The translations under genes were made by a program, and so were the position numbers. This document shows positions 42,641 through 50,325 of a DNA stretch of 50,325 nucleotides, piece after piece. The stretch's first letter is position 1. Every line of letters starts with the position of its first letter. The DNA is taken from contig LT649269.1 of the NCBI GenBank assembly GCA_900128395.1, positions 1 through 50,325 of the forward strand, written 5' to 3'. The notes under the pieces are model-generated. The model was not told the origin of the DNA. It was given only the letters and a program-made list of their open reading frames with translations, and searched no databases. This stretch comes from Stramenopiles sp. TOSAG23-2 (Eukaryota).

Positions 42641-43554
42641 TTCCCTTCGAGTATAAATTATTGGTAGTCTTTTGCTCTATTTTCTATTTGGCCACAAGGT
42701 TTCAATTGAATAATTTTAATTTAAAGTGCGTACCATTCATTGTTATTAGTGTTAAATGAATCGAATTTTCGCTCATTTAAGTTCCCTTCGAGTATAAATT
42801 ATTGGTAGTCTTTTGCTCTATTTTCTATTTGGCCACGGTTTCAATTGAATAATTTTAATTTAATAAATTGAATTCGGGTATTTAATTTGATATAATTACG
42901 ATTAATTCAAGTACCACTTTAGTATACTAATTTATCTATATTTGCTAGAGAGATGAGTGGATACCACCAGAAAAGCGGATATTCTTATTAAATATTCAGC
43001 AAAATTAGGCTATGTTTTGGATTTTTCGAAATATCCAAATATCTCCTATCTAATAATAATATACTACTATACTAGTTAGACTAGTAGATGTACTAAAAAA
43101 TAAAAAATAAAAAAAATTACAAAATAAATATAAAATTTACAACACAAATTTACAAATTCAAAATATATATATACAAGATATTGAATAAAAATGGACGAAA
43201 ATTCGATCCATTTAACACTAATAACAATGAATGGTACGCACTTTAATAAATTGAATTCGGGTATTTAATTTGATATAAATTACGATTAATTCAAGTACCA
43301 CTTTAGTATACTAATTTATCTATATTTGCTAGAGAGATGAGTGGATACCACCAGAAAAGCGGATATTCTTATTAAATATTCAGCAAAATTAGGCTATTTT
43401 TTGGATTTTTCGAAATATCCAAATATCTCCTATCTAATAATAATATACTACTATACTAGTAGGTACTAAAAAATAAATAAAAATTACAAAAAAATAAAAT
43501 TTTACAACACAAATTTACAAATTCAAAATATATATATACAAGATATTGAATAAA
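42641..43554. repeat. Complex direct and inverted duplication block in the CEP20-MSH2 divergent spacer
   Basis: A(42641-42724), X'(42723-42779), A(42782-42863), B(42860-43190), X(43189-43244), B(43242-43554). Confidence 0.85.
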
Positions 43555-43694
43555 AGTATAGACGACACACGCTATTGCAGGAAGAGAGAGATATTAAATA
43601 AACACGAACATATATAGCCAAGGCAAGTATAATCAATTTCAAGCAATAATATATAAATAATATATATATATATATAAATATAAGCGAAACAACC

Positions 43695-46355
43695 ATGTTA
43701 AATCATTTTAAACCGACTTCTAGCCCATCTTCTTCCTCATCGTCCTCTTCTCAAAATATGGAGGGAAATACGAAATTGATGTCGGAAGATGATCGTGAAG
43801 ATGTATACATCATGTTAAATCATTTTAAACCGACTTCTAGCCCATCTTCTTCCTCATCGTCCTCTTCTCAAAATATGGAGGGAAATACGAAATTGATGTC
43901 GGAAGATGATCGTGAAGATGTATACATGTCATTTCAAGGGAAGTTTATCAATGGCAAGATGAAAGTTGGTGCTGTCGTGCGTGTTTTGAAACCGTTATCT
44001 GATGATGAAAGGGCTAAGACGCTGCGAAGTGTACCAATTGCACAGCGGGAAACGGACGCGTATCGCACGAGATGTCGTCAAAAATTTTGGACTTTATATT
44101 TTTATGAATTTCACGATACTGAAAATTTATGTAATTTGGAATCTTTGCTTGTCCGTTTTTCACCAAAAGTATGTTTTTATGATTTAGTTGGGCGGGCAAA
44201 ATCCTCGGAGGAGAAATTGCTGCAATTGTTTCAACAGTTGTCTATACAAAAAAGTACCTGTAAAAGTGCTAATTTCAAATTGGAAGGCATTGAAGATGAA
44301 TTGAACCGTTTGCTTGTTACTGCAGTGGAACAATATACAAACGTAGTACAATGGAAAATTGCATTAGGGGCAGCTTCCAATTTAATTAAACAAATTAATA
44401 ATCATTTGGATCAAGGGAATTACGAATTAGTCGAAGGCCATTTGAAGCAATTCGTAAGGCTGGACACGGCAGCTATTAGTGCGTTGAATCTAATGCCACA
44501 GAAAGACGATCGTAATAAATTTTGTAGCGTATATGGTATTTTAAACCATTGCCAAACTCCGATGGGTCGACGTTTATTGGAATTGTGGTTACGTCAACCA
44601 TTAATTGATGTAAATGCAATCAATCAAAGGCAAGATATTGTTGAATGCTTATACGATGATTCAGAATTGAGGGATACATTGATACAAGAAAAATTAAAAG
44701 GATTAGGAGATTTAGAAAAAATTATATATCGTTTAAAAAATAATAAATCAAGCTTACGAGATTTATGGAGCTTAAGAGAATTAGCGTTGCGTTTGCCACA
44801 TTTACGCCAAACCATCGAACGCGCATCTTTGTTTGAGATGGACGGTAGTGGTGGTGGCAACACGGAGGATGAAGGTAAAAAAGCAATAATGAATAGTCAA
44901 TTTCTGAACCCGTTGAAAAGTTTAGAAAATGAATTTTCAACATTTATACAATTCATTGAAAAAGCAATAGATGTTGAAGGTTTTTACGATTCTGGTGTAT
45001 TACGCGTAAATCCTCGCGTATCGAAAGAGTTGATGGGATTGCGAAATTCCATGGAGGAGATTGATAGCAAAATTGAGCAGTATATACAAGTTGATTTGCC
45101 AAACGCATTGCCAAAAGGTATGTCTCAGAATGACGTGAAGCATGACTTGCCCGGCAAGCATCATGATGGGCATTCTTTTCGTGTTGCTAAGAAGTTTGAA
45201 AAGCATGTCAAGAAAATCAAAGGTTACCGTGAATTGAAGATAGTGAAAGCTGGTGTTTGTTTCACTACTGGGAAATGTATGGGTTTATCGAGTCGATGGG
45301 AATATTTACAAACGCAATACAAAAAAGAATCGAAGAAATATTTAGATCAAGCTATTAATTGTGCTGCAACGTATTTACCAATCATTGAATTGTCTAATCT
45401 GATTATATCCAAATTAGATGTATTCACAAGTTTAGCACACACCGCATGTAATGCACTAGGTGGGCCATATGTACGCCCAAATTTAAACGCTGTCGGGCAA
45501 AAAGGAAATATTAAAATTATCCGCGGTCGACACCCATGTTTGGAAGCACAAGACGATGTCAATTTCATACCAAATAATTACGAATTGACCCGTGAGGAGT
45601 CAAGAATGCTGATTATTACGGGGCCTAACATGGGTGGCAAAAGCACATACATACGGCAATTGGGAATCATAGCTGTCATGGCACAAATTGGCAGTTTTGT
45701 CCCAGCAGATATTGCCAATTTATGCGTAGTTGATGCAGTCCTTGCGAGAGTTGGTGCAGGGGATGCGCAGTTAAAAGGTGTATCAACATTTATGGCTGAA
45801 ATGCTAGAAGCATCTGCTATTTTAACCACCGCAACGGAGGATTCATTAGTAATAGTTGATGAGCTTGGTAGGGGAACGTCCACGAATGATGGTTTTGGAT
45901 TGGCGTGGGCTATTGCAGAAAAAATAGTTGAGAAAAATGCACTATGTATGTTTGCAACACATTTTCATGAATTAACGAGTTTAGCAGATAAGATCAAAGG
46001 TGCAAAAAATTTACATGCCACAGCAATGACCACTGATAATAGTATAACAATGAAATATGAAATTTTACCTGGAGCATGCGATCGTAGTTTTGGAATTCAT
46101 GTAGCAGAATTGGCTAGTTTTCCGGAAGATGTTATATTGAATGCAAAACGGAAAGCCCAGGCATTGGAAGGCTCCGGTTCGGTGAATATAGATAAAAAGA
46201 CATGGGCTCCATTGTTGCAAGAATTTGCAAAGATGGATTTAAATGGTAAGGATGAGAAGGAAATTGTCAACCAATTGGAAGCATTGATGAATAGTGAGGC
46301 TGGTAAAAGTATTTTTCAACAACAAGTGGGAAATGGTGGAAGTAATTTACCATAA
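43695..46355 (+). CDS. MSH2: DNA mismatch repair protein MSH2
   Basis: EFxDxxxxxNLESLL, RLDTAAISALNL, TPMGRRLL..WLRQPL, ITGPNMGGKSTYIRQ, GVSTFMAEMLE, DELGRGTST, FATHFHELT, SFGIHVAELA. Confidence 0.95.
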   Translation: MLNHFKPTSSPSSSSSSSSQNMEGNTKLMSEDDREDVYIMLNHFKPTSSPSSSSSSSSQNMEGNTKLMSEDDREDVYMSFQGKFINGKMKVGAVVRVLKPLSDDERAKTLRSVPIAQRETDAYRTRCRQKFWTLYFYEFHDTENLCNLESLLVRFSPKVCFYDLVGRAKSSEEKLLQLFQQLSIQKSTCKSANFKLEGIEDELNRLLVTAVEQYTNVVQWKIALGAASNLIKQINNHLDQGNYELVEGHLKQFVRLDTAAISALNLMPQKDDRNKFCSVYGILNHCQTPMGRRLLELWLRQPLIDVNAINQRQDIVECLYDDSELRDTLIQEKLKGLGDLEKIIYRLKNNKSSLRDLWSLRELALRLPHLRQTIERASLFEMDGSGGGNTEDEGKKAIMNSQFLNPLKSLENEFSTFIQFIEKAIDVEGFYDSGVLRVNPRVSKELMGLRNSMEEIDSKIEQYIQVDLPNALPKGMSQNDVKHDLPGKHHDGHSFRVAKKFEKHVKKIKGYRELKIVKAGVCFTTGKCMGLSSRWEYLQTQYKKESKKYLDQAINCAATYLPIIELSNLIISKLDVFTSLAHTACNALGGPYVRPNLNAVGQKGNIKIIRGRHPCLEAQDDVNFIPNNYELTREESRMLIITGPNMGGKSTYIRQLGIIAVMAQIGSFVPADIANLCVVDAVLARVGAGDAQLKGVSTFMAEMLEASAILTTATEDSLVIVDELGRGTSTNDGFGLAWAIAEKIVEKNALCMFATHFHELTSLADKIKGAKNLHATAMTTDNSITMKYEILPGACDRSFGIHVAELASFPEDVILNAKRKAQALEGSGSVNIDKKTWAPLLQEFAKMDLNGKDEKEIVNQLEALMNSEAGKSIFQQQVGNGGSNLP

Positions 46356-46481
46356 GTTAAAGGACAGAAGGAAATTGTCAACCAATTGGAAGCATTGATG
46401 AATAGTGAGGCTGGTAAAAGTATTTTTCAACAACAAGTGGTGGGAAATGGTGGAAGTAATTTACCATAAGTTAAAGGACAT
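46255..46481. repeat. Tandem duplication (about 112 bp) of the MSH2 3' end
   Basis: agaaggaaattgtcaacc..ccataagttaaaggac occurs twice; the second copy has an extra tgg. Confidence 0.9.
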
Positions 46482-46497
46482 AAGAGAGTGCGTACAA

Positions 46498-46598
46498 AAT
46501 ATTCTTGCGATTTGAGTATTGAGCATATTTACTTAACACGAGAAGTGTAAAATTATTACGAAGTATAACTTAGATTTTAACCATCATCATATGATATC
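46498..46598 (-). repeat. Dispersed intergenic repeat copy
   Basis: attcttgcgatttgagtattgagcatatttacttaacacgagaagtgtaaaattattacgaagtataacttagatttt. Confidence 0.75.
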
Positions 46599-46990
46599 AA
46601 AATATTTTATGCATATACAAAAAAAAATACGACTATGTAATACCATGTAAATTTTTTAGTTTTTTTCTCTCTGCATGTCAACCACGCTTTCTATCATATC
46701 GCTCCTCATTGCCATTTGGCACACATTTTCATATATATATATATATGATGTGTATTCATGTGTCCATTTTTTACCCTTTAATTTTTTTCTCTCTGCATGT
46801 CAACCACGCTTTCTATCATATCGCTCCTCATTGCCATTTGGCACACATTTTCATATATACCTCGTATATATATATGATGTGTATTTATGTGTCCATTTTT
46901 TACCCTTTAATATATAAAAACAATTATTTAATTCGTAATTTTTGAAAATAATGAAGGAGTCTCGCTTTTTTTTTTTTACAAAGATTGAAA

Positions 46991-49138
46991 TTAATATCCT
47001 TCAAATTTTGGACTTTCAGAATGATGTCCAAACAACATATCTTTGTATTTTGGATATGGCCACAAATCATCCTCGCATACTACTTCTGCAGCATCACATT
47101 TTGCGCGCAAATTTTCCATTGCATCTCTTATTTCGTATTGGGAATATTTTGCTTGCTCAAGTGGGGAACCATCTTCAGGGAAGTTGTGCAAAACGTTCGT
47201 AAAGTTACCAACTTCTTTATCCAATTCAGCATAAACACTTTGTCTGCTTGCACCCAAGCCAGTTCCTTCAAAATTTTTTAAATCTTGTGCACATGCTGGT
47301 AAAACACCGGTTTGTATCATTTGCAACATAGTGTCGGCTTCGATGCCAATATCAGCAGTAAATTTTTCTGCCATGATTTCTTGGCGTGCTTCCAATTCTT
47401 CATTTGTGAAAACGTTCATACTTGAAAATAATGCTTTGTTTTTATCAGATGCCATTGTTGCAGCTGCCTCGTATGTATTTTTCAAATTTTTCAATCCACG
47501 TTTCTCAGCTTCAATTGGCCATTCATCACTGTAACCATCGCCATTGAAAATAACATTAATATTTTCAGCATACGTGTTGGCAACTGCATCGCGTACGGAT
47601 TCACCACCTTCAATACGATCACTCAATGCTGCCATTGATTCAGCATATGCTGTATTTACAATAGCCATAGGGAATGCAATATTTTGTGTTGAGCCAACAG
47701 CACGAAATTCAAAACGATTACCGCAGAATGGGAATGGTGCTGTACGGTTACGGTCTTCCATATTTGCAGTGATTGGGGAAACATTGTTGCTTCCCACCTC
47801 GATGGTAGTTGTATCCATACCATAACCATGCAATTCACCACCATCCATAACTTTACGGATATGAGCTTCCATGCCATCACCAGTGTAAAGGGAAATGATA
47901 GCTGGTGGTGCTTCTTGTGCACCCAAACGGTGATCATTACCACTACATGCTACACCAGTACGAATGATATCCCCGTGCGTATTCAATGTTTTTGCAAGGA
48001 CTGCAACCATAGCAGTGAAACGTGCTTGTGCTTCGTCCGTTTTACCTGGAACAAATAAATTGTCACCAACATCGGTATTTAAACCCCAGTTATTGTGTTT
48101 TCCACTACCGTTGACACCTGCAAAAGGTTTCTCGTGCATCAAACATACTAAACCATGTCTTGCTGCGACTTCTTCTAAGATTTCCATACACATGGTATTT
48201 TCATCAGCTGCAACATTTGTTAATTTGAAAATAGGCGACAATTCATATTGACTTGGGGCAACTTCATTATGGAACACAGACATAGCAGATCCAGCATCCA
48301 ACATTTCTTTTTGCACATCATCTAAATATGCACGTACCCTTGGATCTGTTTTGTTGAAATAATTATAGTCTGTTTGCTGACCACGTGGTGGCTGTGCACC
48401 AATTACAGTTCTGTTACATGCCATCAAATCAGGTCTTGCTAAATATGCTTCACGATCAACCATGAAAAATTCTTGTTCCCAGCCTACATTTGCAACAACT
48501 TTAGTTGGTTTATCGTAACCTAAATTCTTTAACAAACGCAAACCTTCTCTGTCTACGCATTCTTGAGAACGCAATAAAGGAGTTTTATCATCCAACGCAT
48601 CGCCGTTATGAGTAACGAAAGTGGCAGGTATGAACAAAGTTCCACCACGAACAAAAGGTGCAGATTGACGATCCCAATTCATAAATGCAGCAGCACGATG
48701 GGTTTGCCTTAATCCACCATTAGGGAACGAGGAACCGTCGGTTTCGTTAAAGAACAATTTTGATCCAGAGAAATCATGAACAACATCTTTGATGACACCG
48801 CCATATTGGCCTTCACCACCGAAGTCATAGTCAATAAATGCATCATTTTTCAAGCCATTCGCTCCACGTACTGCTGAGAACCAATGTGCATAGTTGGATG
48901 CACCTCTTTCCATAGCCCAAGCCATCATTTTCTCTGCGAGTTCATTTGCACATTTTTTGTCCATACTTTCACCACTATTAAGTGCTGCATGAAAATTGTT
49001 GTATGTATCTGCTGAAACAGCATCTTTCATAGCATGGTCATCAAAACGATTGACTCCGATACTGGATAAATTAAGTGTTGAAAACAGAGATTTTTTTCCT
49101 GTAGATTTCACAACTGATGTTGAAACTTTGCTTAACAT
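46991..49138 (-). CDS. glnN: Glutamine synthetase type III with putative mitochondrial presequence
   Basis: DGSSFPNGGLR, GWEQEFF, HNEVAP, HEKPFAGVNGSGKHNNW, RLGAQEAPP, DRNRTAPFPFCGNRFEFRAVGS; S/K-rich N-terminus lacking acidic residues. Confidence 0.95.
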   Translation of the reverse strand: MLSKVSTSVVKSTGKKSLFSTLNLSSIGVNRFDDHAMKDAVSADTYNNFHAALNSGESMDKKCANELAEKMMAWAMERGASNYAHWFSAVRGANGLKNDAFIDYDFGGEGQYGGVIKDVVHDFSGSKLFFNETDGSSFPNGGLRQTHRAAAFMNWDRQSAPFVRGGTLFIPATFVTHNGDALDDKTPLLRSQECVDREGLRLLKNLGYDKPTKVVANVGWEQEFFMVDREAYLARPDLMACNRTVIGAQPPRGQQTDYNYFNKTDPRVRAYLDDVQKEMLDAGSAMSVFHNEVAPSQYELSPIFKLTNVAADENTMCMEILEEVAARHGLVCLMHEKPFAGVNGSGKHNNWGLNTDVGDNLFVPGKTDEAQARFTAMVAVLAKTLNTHGDIIRTGVACSGNDHRLGAQEAPPAIISLYTGDGMEAHIRKVMDGGELHGYGMDTTTIEVGSNNVSPITANMEDRNRTAPFPFCGNRFEFRAVGSTQNIAFPMAIVNTAYAESMAALSDRIEGGESVRDAVANTYAENINVIFNGDGYSDEWPIEAEKRGLKNLKNTYEAAATMASDKNKALFSSMNVFTNEELEARQEIMAEKFTADIGIEADTMLQMIQTGVLPACAQDLKNFEGTGLGASRQSVYAELDKEVGNFTNVLHNFPEDGSPLEQAKYSQYEIRDAMENLRAKCDAAEVVCEDDLWPYPKYKDMLFGHHSESPKFEGY

Positions 49139-49307
49139 ATTTATTTTATTATAATTATTAATATTATGTACTTTGTTTTTAAAAGTATATTATTAAATGG
49201 ACTATTCTTCTTCTTCTTCTTTTGTTGAAGTGATTATTTGATTCACGGTGTTTTTTGTTGCTTTACTATAATACATATCTGTCTAACATGTTCTATATGT
49301 AAAAGAT

Positions 49308-49506
49308 ATATTTTTTATGGTTTGTATTAATTCATAAAGATGTGTTGTATTGATTGTGTGGTTGATTCCTATAATGGAGTTCGATAGGATTTAACATAGG
49401 AATACCATATTTTTTATGGTTTGTATTAATTCATAAAGATGTGTTGTATTGATTGTGTGGTTGATTTCTAATGGAGTTCGATAGGATTTAACATAGGAAT
49501 ACCATA
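49308..49506. repeat. Tandem duplication (about 99 bp) upstream of glutamine synthetase
   Basis: atattttttatggtttgtattaattc..ggaataccata occurs twice. Confidence 0.9.
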
Positions 49507-50325
49507 GCTATACACAGATCAAGAAGGTTCAATTAGCTTACAACAAATGTTTGATGATGCAGCAATCCGGTAGATGTTATTTTATACTTTTATACGTATT
49601 AGTATACGTTGTATAGAAGAGAGAACGAAATACGAAGCGAAAAAGCTCCTGTCTATGTCTCGCCTTCTCGGCCCCGGTAAAAGTGGATAGACGGACGGCC
49701 TCTATTATAACATGTACCAAAAAAGAAGCTCAAAAATATCGACGTGTCGACATTAACATCACATCACAACATCACAACAGCCTTTTTTTAATGTGACCGA
49801 GTTATAATAATAGGTTAAGGTGACGAGGTGACCCTGGCGGCCCAGCCGTTCTACGCAGACTACAGACAGCTGGACAGCCGTTCCAGGTTCCAGCCTTTTC
49901 TGCCAGCCTTCCGCAGCAAGCCAGGCAAGCCAGCCTGGCCAGCAAAAGCGCAGAGTCTAGTCTTCCCACAGCTGAGATTTCTTCGCTTGATGCTATTCCA
50001 CAGAGCCTTACTCTAACTTTTTTAAACTCTGGCAACTGGCAAGCCAGCAAGCTCTGGACAGCTGGACAGCCGCTCTTGTTGAGTCTTTGGCCGTATTAAT
50101 ATTATTAATAGTATTATATAATAATAATTTCCTGCTGTAATAATTTGTAAATTACATGTACAACCTGTAAACTGGTAAACAACAACGATAACACGCCATA
50201 ATAATTAATAACAAGAAGACTATATAGAATATAAATAATCATATACCATTTTTTATCGACATAAATATTAACGAACGATAATAAAATATTTTATCGACAA
50301 TAATATAATAAATATGTCATTTGGT

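Overview
AT-rich, gene-dense eukaryotic DNA, most likely from a flagellated stramenopile; the evidence is mastigoneme-type EGF proteins, an ODA docking-complex-like subunit, CEP20/FOR20 and a type III glutamine synthetase with a mitochondrial-type presequence. About 22 protein-coding genes read as continuous ORFs with no introns needed. Main points beyond the ORF track: (1) a selenocysteine MsrA at 28625-29083 (GAG-U-FW, in-frame TGA) that the track truncated; (2) a head-to-head pair of secreted mastigoneme-like proteins whose C-terminal halves resemble phage fibre proteins; (3) from about 20.8 kb onward, 55-400 bp tandem duplications at most gene 5' ends, plus duplication-flanked inverted templated insertions, one of which rewrote the CEP20 C-terminus, next to an MSH2 that seems to lack domain I; (4) a short dispersed repeat found only between convergent gene ends. 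Also present: a decayed copia RNase H fragment and a 36-bp minisatellite. No rRNA, tRNA or CRISPR array was recognised. Family calls come from motif recognition, not database searches.
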